Below are positions 31,299 to 40,082 of a stretch of 64,000 bases of DNA, piece by piece. Both the position numbers and the translations under genes were made by a program. The stretch comes from Candidatus Phosphoribacter baldrii (GTDB lineage Bacteria > Actinomycetota > Actinomycetes > Actinomycetales > Dermatophilaceae), in the NCBI GenBank assembly GCA_016704565.1, contig JADIZV010000003.1:91869-155868 (forward strand). Direction: 5' to 3'. The number at the start of each line of letters is the position of its first letter. Position 1 is the first letter of the stretch. Under the pieces are notes generated by a model. It was not told the origin of the DNA and did no database searches. It worked only from the letters and a program-made list of their open reading frames with translations.

Positions 31299-31643
31299 AT
31301 GACTGGTATGCCTGGCATCAACGGGAGAAGTGACCTTGACGTGCCGACGAAGCAGACGCCCGTCCGGGTGGCAAGGGCGGCCAGCGAGATCGGCTCCCAT
31401 CTCGCCGACTGGCGACGAATGCAGAACCTCACCGCTGTCCAGGTCGCCGAGCGTGCCGACATCTCCCGGGACACCTTGCGCCGCCTGGAGCACGGCGACC
31501 CCGGCGTTTCCCTCGGCACAGTCCTCGGGGTGGCTCGGGCTCTGGGCGCCCTGGATCGCGTCGTCGATGCCCTCGACCCCTACCAGACGGACCTCGGTCG
31601 GGCTCGTGCCGCTTCTGCGCTTCCCAAGCGGGTGCGCCATTGA
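31299..31643 (+). CDS. hipB: HipB-like XRE-family HTH antitoxin
   Basis: LTAVQVAERADISRDTLRRLEHG helix-turn-helix. Its stop overlaps the TTG start of hipA (ATTGA). Lower-GC promoter region upstream. Confidence 0.7.
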   Translation: MTGMPGINGRSDLDVPTKQTPVRVARAASEIGSHLADWRRMQNLTAVQVAERADISRDTLRRLEHGDPGVSLGTVLGVARALGALDRVVDALDPYQTDLGRARAASALPKRVRH

Positions 31644-32884
31644 CCGAGCTCCGGATCCACGTCGACATCGCAGGTCGCACTCTCCCGGCCGGCACGGCCT
31701 ATGTCAGCGTGCGCCGCGGGCGGGTGAGCACCACGTTCACCTACGACGCGGCATACCTGAGCAACCCTGCTGGGTACGACCTCGAGCCGGGACTACCTCG
31801 GCACTCGGGGCAGCACTACGTCGACGGCCTGCCCGGGTCGTTCGCCGACTGCGCCCCGGATCGGTGGGGACGCAACCTCATCGACCGCAGGCGCCGGGCA
31901 GCAGAACGAGACTTGGCGCAGCGCCTACCGGGGCTCACGGACGCCGACTACCTCATCGGTGTCAGCGACGTGAGCCGACAGGGCAACCTGCGGTTCACGA
32001 TGGGAGACGGCCCCTTCCTCGACCCGCATGATGGCGTGCCTCCGCTGGTGTCGCTGCCGCACCTGCTCGCATCCGCCGATGCGGTTGCCGACCGATCCAA
32101 CGGCGACGATCTCGCCGCCGTCAAGGCGTTGCTAGACGCGGGTTCGGGGTCGCTCGGCGGGGCACGCCCGAAGGCGTCGGTCCGCGACCACAACGGCCGC
32201 CTACTCATCGCCAAGTTCCCGCATGCGCACGACGAGTGGGACGTCATGGCGTGGGAGAAGACGATGCTCGACCTGGCGCACTCCGCGGGGCTTGGCGTCC
32301 CGGCCAACCGCCTGACCAAGGTCGGTCCGCGCAGCGTTCTGTTGCTGGAGCGGTTCGATCGCCATGCCAACGGTGATCGCCTCGGCTACATCAGCGCCAT
32401 GACGATGATTGGCTCTCGCGACGGCGACGAGAGGGACTACGGCGACATTGCCGAAGTCCTTCCCGAGTCCGGTGCAGCGGTGCCTGACGACTTGCGCGAG
32501 CTCTTCAGCCGGGTCGTGTTCAACGTGGCGGTGCACAACACGGACGACCATCTGCGCAATCACGGGTTCCTGCACCAGCGAGGCGGATGGGTGCTCAGCC
32601 CCATGTTCGACGTGAACCCCAACCCGGACCTGGGTCAAGGACGCATGACAAGCATCGTCGGTGCCTCAGCCGCCGACGAGGAAGCCGAAGCGCTCGTCGC
32701 CTTCGCATCGGTATGCCGCCTGAGCCGGACCCAGGCCCTGCCTATCATCCGGCGAGTCGCCTCCGCAGTCGGGCGATGGCGGGGCGCCGCCGAGGCCAAC
32801 GGCATACCACCAAGGGAGATCGCCATCTTCGCGGACGCCATGACCAGCCAACGACAGGCGCTGGAGAACCTAGTCGGCCAGTGA
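31640..32884 (+). CDS. hipA: HipA-family serine/threonine kinase toxin
   Basis: GSLGGARPKASV, KFPHAHDEWDVMAWE and HNTDDHLRNHGFL ... SPMFDVNPNP catalytic motifs. Confidence 0.9.
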   Translation: MTELRIHVDIAGRTLPAGTAYVSVRRGRVSTTFTYDAAYLSNPAGYDLEPGLPRHSGQHYVDGLPGSFADCAPDRWGRNLIDRRRRAAERDLAQRLPGLTDADYLIGVSDVSRQGNLRFTMGDGPFLDPHDGVPPLVSLPHLLASADAVADRSNGDDLAAVKALLDAGSGSLGGARPKASVRDHNGRLLIAKFPHAHDEWDVMAWEKTMLDLAHSAGLGVPANRLTKVGPRSVLLLERFDRHANGDRLGYISAMTMIGSRDGDERDYGDIAEVLPESGAAVPDDLRELFSRVVFNVAVHNTDDHLRNHGFLHQRGGWVLSPMFDVNPNPDLGQGRMTSIVGASAADEEAEALVAFASVCRLSRTQALPIIRRVASAVGRWRGAAEANGIPPREIAIFADAMTSQRQALENLVGQ

Positions 32885-32966
32885 GTCGCTAGGGCACGTC
32901 AAGGTCCGGAGGCCACTCGATCGCGCTGGCCGACCGACTCGACAGCTGCCACGCAGCCGGGCGTCG

Positions 32967-33254
32967 TCATGCCACGTCGTGCAGGGACCGCACTTTCGGA
33001 GTTCCGGAAGCGCGCTCCAGCGCAAGGTCGTGAGCGGTCTGCATAGCCAGCCACGCCCGTGCCGTCCCGGCTCCCGCCTGCTCCAGACGGACGGCGAGGT
33101 TGGGGCTGATCCGGGCGTGTCCGTGCAAGACCCGGCTCAGCGAGACCCGAGAGATGCCCAAGCGGGCAGCCGCCTCACCGACCCCGAGCCCGAGATCGGC
33201 CAAGACGTCCTCACGCAAGATCTCGCCCGGGTGCACCGGCGTCTTCATCGCCAT
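32967..33254 (-). CDS. higA: HigA-family antitoxin (XRE HTH), intact copy
   Basis: MAMKTPVHPGEILREDVL... AARLGISRVSLSRVLHG. Directly downstream of higB. Confidence 0.85.
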   Translation of the reverse strand: MAMKTPVHPGEILREDVLADLGLGVGEAAARLGISRVSLSRVLHGHARISPNLAVRLEQAGAGTARAWLAMQTAHDLALERASGTPKVRSLHDVA

Positions 33255-33268
33255 CTCTCACCTCATGA

Positions 33269-33547
33269 TCAGTGGTAGTCCCGATAGTCGACCACCTCGA
33301 CATCGGTCTCGACGAAACGAAACGTCACCCGCCAGTTGCCGTTCACCCAGATGGACCAATGTCCAGCCAGGTCGCCCTTGAGCGGATGAGTGCGGAACGA
33401 GGGGATGGCCAAGTCGTCGGGTCCCTGCGCTATGTCGAGCGCGGACAGGATGCGCAGCAACTTGGGGACATGTGCCGCCTGGACGCCCTTCTTGGATTGG
33501 TCGTTGTACAACGCTTCCAAGCCCTTGTGCCGGAAGCTGACGATCAC
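33269..33547 (-). CDS. higB: HigB toxin (RelE/ParE superfamily, plasmid-maintenance-killer type), intact copy
   Basis: MIVSFRHKGLEALY ... HPLKGDLAGHWSIWVNGNWRVTFRF. Toxin-first operon order, typical of higBA. Confidence 0.85.
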   Translation of the reverse strand: MIVSFRHKGLEALYNDQSKKGVQAAHVPKLLRILSALDIAQGPDDLAIPSFRTHPLKGDLAGHWSIWVNGNWRVTFRFVETDVEVVDYRDYH

Positions 33548-33562
33548 ACTTCAAGCGTAGCG

Positions 33563-33579
33563 CGTATCGTTACACGATA
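33563..33579. promoter_or_regulatory. Candidate higBA operator palindrome
   Basis: gtatcgt tac acgatac, a perfect 7-bp inverted repeat 16 nt upstream of the higB start, in a lower-GC stretch. Confidence 0.35.
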
Positions 33580-33695
33580 CAACGCCGATCTGCCGTCGAA
33601 CGTGCCCCGCCGTCAACGCCCGACCAAACCGCTGTCGCGCTACGTCCGCTTGCCCAACGGATGCTGGATCTGCGCCCACCGCGTTACGGTGAGGC

Positions 33696-33812
33696 ATAAC
33701 GAGCAGCGAGGCGAGCGGCATACGGCCCGAGGACGAGGTGACCCGGCTGTGCGCCGAGCTCATCCGCATCCCGTCGGTCAACGTCGGCGACACCCAAGGG
33801 CCGGGGGAGCAG
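33696..33812 (+). pseudogene. Duplicated 5' fragment of the M20 peptidase gene (start codon mutated ATG to ATA)
   Basis: Aligns with 35294-35411. Homology ends after ...gggccgggggagc. No downstream peptidase sequence. Confidence 0.75.
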
Positions 33813-34135
33813 GCTGGGTCTGGCCCGCGGGTTGCCGTGCGAGGGCAGCGGATGGCGGTAGCACCCAGGTACGGCGTGGGCTTCGCCTGACTTCCAAAGG
33901 AGACCGATGGCAGTAGGAGCTCGGATGGCGCGCTGCCAAGACACCGGCAGGAGACGGCAGCCTCGATCAGCGAACCCCGACTGTTTTCGGGAAGCCCTAT
34001 CTGGGCGAAGTGATGCGGCCCTGGGACTCGGTACCGGTGGTGGCCCGTCGTGCGGTCGTCGGCTCTCCCTTGCGCACCCCAACCAGGAGGACGTTCACGG
34101 TTCCCTGAGCTCGCGAACCTTTACCTATGCGTAGG

Positions 34136-34525
34136 TCAGATGTCGGGCTCGAGCACCACCACCCAGCCGTTGAAGTGGAGGTCCGGGAACGCCCGTCCGT
34201 CGGGGATGGTGTCGTCGCGGACATTGACGAACTTCGCAGTGCCGGTTATGGGGTAGCGAACTCGTGAGTCTGGGCCCTGCGGACCGTAGGCGCACCACGC
34301 CTGAGCGATGGAGACGACAACTCCTGAGATGTGGAGCAGGCCCTCACGGCCGTCGTCGTGGTGCTCCTCCGAGTGGGTGATGCGACCTGCCATCTCGGGG
34401 CCAAGAGCGGCGGCGAACCACTCGTCATCAGTGTCCACAGCGGTCCACTCGACACGGTCCCCGACAGCAAACGGGTCGCCGCAGCACTCCATCTGCCACG
34501 ACGCGACCCACACAACCAATGTCAC
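34136..34525 (-). CDS. Hypothetical protein resembling the DUF6578 family (WQMECCGDPF motif)
   Basis: GTG 34525 preceded by GAGGG. VTLVVWVASWQMECCGDPFAVGDRVEW. Family assignment is from memory of the motif only. The Arg-rich N-terminal extension of ORF 34136..34672 looks spurious. Confidence 0.5.
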   Translation of the reverse strand: MTLVVWVASWQMECCGDPFAVGDRVEWTAVDTDDEWFAAALGPEMAGRITHSEEHHDDGREGLLHISGVVVSIAQAWCAYGPQGPDSRVRYPITGTAKFVNVRDDTIPDGRAFPDLHFNGWVVVLEPDI

Positions 34526-34566
34526 ACCCTCAGGGATACATGGCTGGCGCCGTTTCGTGAAGCGAT

Positions 34567-34848
34567 TTGATGGACTCGGAGCTGATGCAGGTCGTCGGCA
34601 GGATCGACGAGCCGTCGCTCGACGGCGCCTCGTGGCATGACCTGCGCGTGTCCGCTCGCGGGTCTGATCCACGAGCGGCCGTGCTCTTCGTCGTTGACCG
34701 CGAAGCGATGATAGAAGATCACCCGATTCAAGTCGTCGACCTAAGCGACGAGGAGAGGCCTCCGTTCCGATGCGCAGCTAACGTGCTCTGGTCCGTCGAC
34801 AACAATCTCAACCTCGCCAACATGGAGCGCTCCAGCGCAAGGTCGTGA
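34567..34848 (+). pseudogene. DUF6924-like gene fragment, 3' end cut by the repeat boundary at about 34826
   Basis: ...FVVDREAMIEDHPIQVVDLSDEERPPFRCAANVLWSVDNNLNLANM resembles the C-terminal part of DUF6924 proteins. The reading frame then runs into antisense higA sequence. The N-terminal part also seems short. Confidence 0.4.
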
Positions 34849-35069
34849 GCGGTCTGCATAGCCAGCCACGCCCGTGCCGTCCCGGCTCCCGCCTGCTCCA
34901 GACGGACGGCGAGGTTGGGGCTGATCCGGGCGTGTCCGTGCAAGACCCGGCTCAGCGAGACCCGAGAGATGCCCAAGCGGGCAGCCGCCTCACCGACCCC
35001 GAGCCCGAGATCGGCCAAGACATCTTCACGCAAGATCTCGCCCGGGTGCACCGGCGTCTTCATCGCCAT
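34728..35069 (-). CDS. higA: Second HigA copy: HTH region identical for about 80 aa, with the C-terminus replaced by unrelated sequence
   Basis: Identical to 32967..33254 through ...TAHDLALER, then diverges at the duplication boundary (34827). Upstream higB is truncated and has no promoter. Confidence 0.65.
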   Translation of the reverse strand: MAMKTPVHPGEILREDVLADLGLGVGEAAARLGISRVSLSRVLHGHARISPNLAVRLEQAGAGTARAWLAMQTAHDLALERSMLARLRLLSTDQSTLAAHRNGGLSSSLRSTT

Positions 35070-35411
35070 CTCTTCACCTCCTGATCAGTGGTAGTCCCGA
35101 TAGTCGACCAGCTCGACATCGGTCTCGACGAAACGAAACGTCACCCGCCAGTTGCCGTTCACCCAGATGGACCAATGCCCAGCCAGGTCGCCTTTGAGCG
35201 GATGAGTGCGGAACGAGGGGATGGCCAAGTCGTAGCGCTACGTCTGCTTGCCCAACCCGTGCTGGATCTGCGCCCACCGCGTTACGGTGAGGCATGACGA
35301 GCAACGAGGCGAGCGGCATACGGCCCGAGGACGAGGTGACCCGGCTGTGCGCCGAGCTCATCCGCATCCCGTCGGTCAACGCCGGCGACAACCAAGGGCC
35401 GGGGGAGCGGG
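34827..35411. repeat. Direct repeat, copy 2 (carries a 219-bp deletion relative to copy 1)
   Basis: See copy 1. The deletion junction at 35233/35234 shows gtcg microhomology. Confidence 0.85.
35085..35233 (-). pseudogene. higB: HigB remnant (C-terminal ~48 codons only)
   Basis: Matches 33269-33417. The 5' half, promoter and palindrome are deleted. Confidence 0.8.
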
Positions 35412-36643
35412 CCGCCGCCGAGTGGGTCATGGAGCAGTTGCACGAGGTGGGCCTGGACCCTGTCCTCGTCGAGAGCAGTCCGGGCCGCGCGAGCGTCATG
35501 GTGCGCATCGAGGGTGCCGACCCGACCCTTCCCGGCCTGGTCGTCCACGGTCACACCGACGTCGTTCCGGCCAATGCCGCCGACTGGCAGGTCGACCCGT
35601 TCGGCGCCGAAGAGCGCGACGGATGCCTCTGGGGTCGCGGCGCGGTCGACATGAAGGACATGGACGCGATGATCCTCGCGTCGGTCCGCGACCTGGCCCG
35701 CACGGGAGCCAAGCCTGCCCGGACGACGACGTTCGTCTTCTTCGCCGATGAGGAGGCCGGCGGGGTCTACGGCAGCCATTGGGTCACTACCCATCACCCC
35801 GACTGGTTCGAGGGGGCGAGCGAGGCGATAAGCGAGGTTGGCGGCTTCAGTGTGACGGTGCCGGGACGGCATGCGGGAGCGCCCACCCGCGCCTACCTCT
35901 TGCAGACGGCCGAGAAGGGGATCGCCTGGCTGCGGCTGCACGCCCACGGGCGCGCGGGCCACGGGTCGGTGCCCAACGACGCCAACGCCGTCGTGCGCCT
36001 TGCCCAGGCCCTCGCGCGGATCGACGCGCACGTCTGGCCCCGCGAATACGTCGCCTCAGTCCGCGGCCTCCTGGACGGCCTGTCGGAACTCACCGGCATC
36101 CCGTATGCCGCCCACGACCCCTCGGCGCTCCCCGCCGACCTGCTGCGAACCCTCGGGGGCGCACAGGGATTCGTGCTCGGGACCCTGCGTGACACGGCCC
36201 AGCCGACGATGCTCACCAGCGGCTACAAGCACAACGTCATCCCGCAGACCGCCACGGCGGCTCTGGACTGCCGGTTCCTCCCCGGGCACGAGGAATCGCT
36301 CATGGCGACGATCCGCGAACTGGCGGGGGAACACGTCGAGGTCGAAGTGATGCACCGGGACACGGCCCTGGACGCGCCGTTCACCGGCTCACTCGTCGAG
36401 GCGATGAAGCAGGCGCTGCGCGCCGAAGACCCAGACGCTCATGTCCTGCCCTACTGCCTATCCGGAGGGACCGACAACAAGGCCCTGTCCCGGTTGGGGA
36501 TCACCGGCTACGGCTTCGCGCCGTTGCGACTGCCGCCGGAGCTGGACTTCGTGTCGATGTTCCACGGGATCGACGAGCGCGTGCCCGTCGAGTCGCTGCG
36601 CTTCGGTGCCCGGGTGCTGCGCCGGTTCCTGGACCTGGCCTGA
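35294..36643 (+). CDS. M20/M25/M40 family metallopeptidase (dipeptidase-like)
   Basis: VVHGHTDVVPA, GRGAVDMKD and FFADEEAGG metal-ligand motifs. Confidence 0.85.
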   Translation: MTSNEASGIRPEDEVTRLCAELIRIPSVNAGDNQGPGERAAAEWVMEQLHEVGLDPVLVESSPGRASVMVRIEGADPTLPGLVVHGHTDVVPANAADWQVDPFGAEERDGCLWGRGAVDMKDMDAMILASVRDLARTGAKPARTTTFVFFADEEAGGVYGSHWVTTHHPDWFEGASEAISEVGGFSVTVPGRHAGAPTRAYLLQTAEKGIAWLRLHAHGRAGHGSVPNDANAVVRLAQALARIDAHVWPREYVASVRGLLDGLSELTGIPYAAHDPSALPADLLRTLGGAQGFVLGTLRDTAQPTMLTSGYKHNVIPQTATAALDCRFLPGHEESLMATIRELAGEHVEVEVMHRDTALDAPFTGSLVEAMKQALRAEDPDAHVLPYCLSGGTDNKALSRLGITGYGFAPLRLPPELDFVSMFHGIDERVPVESLRFGARVLRRFLDLA

Positions 36644-36697
36644 GGCCGGTCACGCCTCGGTGGCCGAATCGTTACGCTGACCCGCTACCGTCAGAGC

Positions 36698-37081
36698 ATG
36701 ACCGCCGACCCGCGTGCCGCACTCGCCCTGCTTGTCTCTGCGCTGGAGCGCCACCTGGAGGTCGCCACCACTCGCCGCGACCCCGACGACCCTGCGGTCA
36801 TCGGTGCGGCCGAAGCGCTGGCCGAGGCATTCGACAACTACGACGAGACCCTTTTCGCAGCCACCGAGGTCGCCACCCCGTTGGCGGTCTATGGCGACAT
36901 GGACGACGAGGATGACGACGACTACGACGATGACGACGAGGTCGACCCCCGCACCGCGGTCGACGCGGAGTCGGCTGTCTACGCCGGGCTGGACGACGAG
37001 GACGTCGACTTCGATGAGGATGACGAAGACGACGATGATGACGACGAAGACGACGATGATGACGACGACGACCGCGCCTGA
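36698..37081 (+). CDS. Small acidic protein with an extreme Asp/Glu C-terminal half
   Basis: 127 aa. Structured N-terminal ~55 aa, then DMDDEDDDDYDDDDE ... DEDDEDDDDDDEDDDDDDDDRA. No family recognised. Confidence 0.5.
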   Translation: MTADPRAALALLVSALERHLEVATTRRDPDDPAVIGAAEALAEAFDNYDETLFAATEVATPLAVYGDMDDEDDDDYDDDDEVDPRTAVDAESAVYAGLDDEDVDFDEDDEDDDDDDEDDDDDDDDRA

Positions 37082-37125
37082 CGGCTGGGCCACCAACGCC
37101 AGCTGACCGGCGGCCAGGGAGTCAG

Positions 37126-38067
37126 TCAAGCGGACACGTCGTCGAGGGCGTCGCGGACCGGCCCGGGCAGGTCCAGTGACTCACTGCCCAACGCCGCCTG
37201 CAACTGCGTGACGGTGCGCGCACCGACGATGACCGACGAGACCCCCGGGGTGTCCCGCGCCCAGGCCAGTGCGACCTGCGCGGGCGGCACGTCCAGCCCG
37301 CGGGCTGCCGTGATGACGGCCTCGGTGATCGCCACCGCCCGCTCGTCGAGGTAGCGGTCCAGGAACCGCGGGAACACTCGCGAGGCGGCCCGGGACTGCG
37401 GAGGTATGCCGCCGCGGTACTTCCCGGTGAGGATGCCCCGTCCCAGCGGAGCCCAGGACAACACCCCGAAACCCAGGGCCTGCGCTGCTGGGAGCACCTC
37501 ATGCTCGGCGTCCCGATGAAGAAGCGAGTGCTCGATCTCGTTGGCCACCAACGGGATGCGAGCGGACTCCAGCACGGAGAAGGCCCGCGCGGTCTGCCAC
37601 CCGGAGTAGTTCGAGATCCCGACGTAGCGGGCGCGACCGGACGACACGGCATACTCCAAGGCTCCGAGCGTCTCCGCGAGGGGGACATCGTCGCTCCACG
37701 TGTGGGCCAGCCACACGTCCAGGTGATCGGTGCCCAAGCGAGCCAGCGACTCGTCGAGGTCGCGCAGCAGCGCGCGGCGTGAGACGTCGACGACGCGGCC
37801 GCCCGGCCCTCGGCGGATCCCCGCCTTGGACACGATGACGACCTCGTCACGGGCGACAACGCCGCCCGCCAGCACACGTCCGAGGATCGTCTCGGCCGCC
37901 CCTTCGCCGTAACCGCGGGCCGTGTCGATGAGCGTCCCACCGGCAGCGGTGAAGGCGGACACCTGGTCGCGGGCGCCCTCCTCGTCGACCTCCAGGCCCC
38001 ACGTGAGGGTGCCCAGGCCCAGGCGCGAGACGGTCAGCCCGCTGCGGCCCAGGTGTCGCGAAAGCAT
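37126..38067 (-). CDS. Aldo/keto reductase
   Basis: MLSRHLGRSGLTVSRLGLGTLTWG N-terminus, GISNYSGWQ. ATG 38067 within the longer ORF 37126..38556. Confidence 0.85.
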   Translation of the reverse strand: MLSRHLGRSGLTVSRLGLGTLTWGLEVDEEGARDQVSAFTAAGGTLIDTARGYGEGAAETILGRVLAGGVVARDEVVIVSKAGIRRGPGGRVVDVSRRALLRDLDESLARLGTDHLDVWLAHTWSDDVPLAETLGALEYAVSSGRARYVGISNYSGWQTARAFSVLESARIPLVANEIEHSLLHRDAEHEVLPAAQALGFGVLSWAPLGRGILTGKYRGGIPPQSRAASRVFPRFLDRYLDERAVAITEAVITAARGLDVPPAQVALAWARDTPGVSSVIVGARTVTQLQAALGSESLDLPGPVRDALDDVSA

Positions 38068-38130
38068 GGGGTCCAACCTATCCGCCGGACCCTGAACACC
38101 CCGGGTCAGCCGCGCCGCTAGCCTGACGGC

Positions 38131-39210
38131 GTGACCCACTCGATGCGGCTCGGCCTCAACCTCGGCTATTGGGGCGCGGGAAACGACAAGTTCAACGTCA
38201 CCCTTGCCGAAGAAGCCGACCGGCTCGGCTACTCGGTGGTCTGGGTGGCCGAGGCCTATGGCTCGGACGCCCCCACCGTGCTCTCCTTCATCGGTGCACG
38301 CACCGAGCAGATCCACCTCGGCGCCGCCGTCATGCAGATCCCCGCGCGGACGCCGGCGATGACCGCGATGACCGCCGCCACCTTGGACTCGCTCTCGGGC
38401 GGCCGGTTCCGCTTGGGGCTCGGCGTCAGCGGCCCGCAGGTGAGCGAGGGCTGGCACGGCGTCCGGTTCGACGCGCCGCTGGCCCGGACTCGCGAGTACG
38501 TCGACATTGTGCGGATGGCGCTGCGCCGCGAAGTCGTCGCCTACGACGGTCGCCACTTCACCCTCCCGCTGCCCGACGGCCCAGGCAAGGCGCTCAATCT
38601 TGGCGTCCGGCCGATGCGCGAGGACCAGATCCCCGTCTATCTCGCGGCCGTCGGGCCCAAGAACCTCGAGCTCACCGGGGAGATCGCCGACGGGTGGTTG
38701 GCGATCTTCTTCGCGCCAGAGTTCGCGGGGGAGCTGGTGGGGTCGATCGAGACCGGCGCGCGCCGTGCGGGCAAGGGCTCGCAGGGCGGGTCACCGCTCG
38801 CCGGTTTCGACATCGTGCCGACCGTCCCTGTCGTCGTCACGGACGACCTGGACTACGCGTATGCCGCGGTGTCCGGCTACGCCGCCCTCTACATCGGGGG
38901 CATGGGCTCTCGGGAGAAGAACTTCTACAACCAGCTCGCCTGCCGGATGGGGTTCGAAACGGAGGCCAAGCTCATCCAGGACCTCTACCTCGACGGTCGG
39001 GCTCGGGATGCTGCGGCGGCGGTTCCCCGGGAGTTCCTCGACTCGACCAGCCTGCTCGGGCCGCGCGAGCGGATCCGGGACCGGTTGGCGGCATACGTGG
39101 AGGCGGGGGTGACCACGCTGTCGGTGGCGCCGTACGGGCCGTCGATGGAGCACCGGCGCGCCATCGTGCGGACGATGGCCGAGGTGGCGCAGGAGGCGGG
39201 TCTAGGCTGA
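38131..39210 (+). CDS. LLM-class F420-dependent oxidoreductase
   Basis: LGLNLGYWG ... SGGRFRLGLGVSGPQVSEGWHG pattern. Confidence 0.85.
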   Translation: MTHSMRLGLNLGYWGAGNDKFNVTLAEEADRLGYSVVWVAEAYGSDAPTVLSFIGARTEQIHLGAAVMQIPARTPAMTAMTAATLDSLSGGRFRLGLGVSGPQVSEGWHGVRFDAPLARTREYVDIVRMALRREVVAYDGRHFTLPLPDGPGKALNLGVRPMREDQIPVYLAAVGPKNLELTGEIADGWLAIFFAPEFAGELVGSIETGARRAGKGSQGGSPLAGFDIVPTVPVVVTDDLDYAYAAVSGYAALYIGGMGSREKNFYNQLACRMGFETEAKLIQDLYLDGRARDAAAAVPREFLDSTSLLGPRERIRDRLAAYVEAGVTTLSVAPYGPSMEHRRAIVRTMAEVAQEAGLG

Positions 39211-39216
39211 CGCCTC

Positions 39217-40071
39217 GTGTCAGACCTCAGCTATCTCCAGTCCCTCATCCTCGGCGTCGTCGAGGGTCTCACCGAGTTCCTGCCGGTGTCTTCGACCGGG
39301 CACCTCACGGTGACGGAGAAGCTCCTCGGGCTCGATGTCGCGGACGAGGCGGTCACGGCATACACGGCGATCATCCAGCTGGGCGCGATCGCGGCGACCT
39401 TCGTCTACTTCTGGCGGGACATCGTCCGCCTGGTCCGCGCGTGGGTGGGCGGGCTGACCCGACCGGACGAGCGGGCGCACCCGGACTACTCGCTGGCGTG
39501 GGCTGTCATCGTCGGGTCGATCCCGGTGGCGCTGGTGGGCTTCGCGCTGCGCAAGGTCATCGCCGGGCCGCTGCGCAGCCTGTGGGTCGTGGCGGGGGCG
39601 CTCATCCTGTGGAGCGTGGTCATGTGGCTGGCGGAGACCCGGCACACCAAGCTGGTCCGAGAAGGCGCCGAGCGCGGCGAGTCGAGTGTGACGATGCGCG
39701 ACGGGCTGGTCATCGGGCTGGTGCAATGCTTCTCGCTCGTGCCAGGGGTGAGCCGGTCCGGGGCGACGATCTCGGCGGGGCTGTTCCGGGGGATCGACCG
39801 AGTGACGGCGACCCGGTTGTCCTTCTTCCTGGCGATCCCGGCGCTGACCGCCGCCGGGCTGTTCGAGGCGGCGACGGTTGATCTGGGCGGGCTGGGCGTC
39901 GGGCAGATGGCGCTGGGTGTCGTCGTGGCGTTCGGGGTCGCCTATGCGTCGATCGCGTGGCTGCTGAAGTTCGTGGCCGGACACAAACTGACAGCCTTCG
40001 TGTTGTATCGCGTGGTGCTGGGTCTAGCGATCGCGGCCGCTATCGGCGCGGGGGCCCTCTCCGCAACCTGA
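39217..40071 (+). CDS. uppP: Undecaprenyl-diphosphate phosphatase
   Basis: VVEGLTEFLPVSSTGHL and PGVSRSGATI motifs. Eight TM segments. Confidence 0.9.
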   Translation: MSDLSYLQSLILGVVEGLTEFLPVSSTGHLTVTEKLLGLDVADEAVTAYTAIIQLGAIAATFVYFWRDIVRLVRAWVGGLTRPDERAHPDYSLAWAVIVGSIPVALVGFALRKVIAGPLRSLWVVAGALILWSVVMWLAETRHTKLVREGAERGESSVTMRDGLVIGLVQCFSLVPGVSRSGATISAGLFRGIDRVTATRLSFFLAIPALTAAGLFEAATVDLGGLGVGQMALGVVVAFGVAYASIAWLLKFVAGHKLTAFVLYRVVLGLAIAAAIGAGALSAT

Positions 40072-40082
40072 GCCGGAGCTGT

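Larger units (their letters stand above)
33012..33812. repeat. Direct repeat, copy 1 (3' part of higA, whole higB and promoter, first ~120 nt of the M20 peptidase gene)
   Basis: 33012-33417 matches 34827-35233 and 33637-33812 matches 35236-35411, at roughly 97% identity by eye. 33418-33636 has no counterpart in copy 2. Confidence 0.85.

Noticed and set aside
32885-32966. Possible att-type direct repeat of the tRNA-Leu 3' end (tcaaggtccggagg versus ttcaagtccccctccggac).
   Set aside because: The similarity is limited to a few bases with gaps, which is not convincing as an attachment-site repeat. No integrase supports it.
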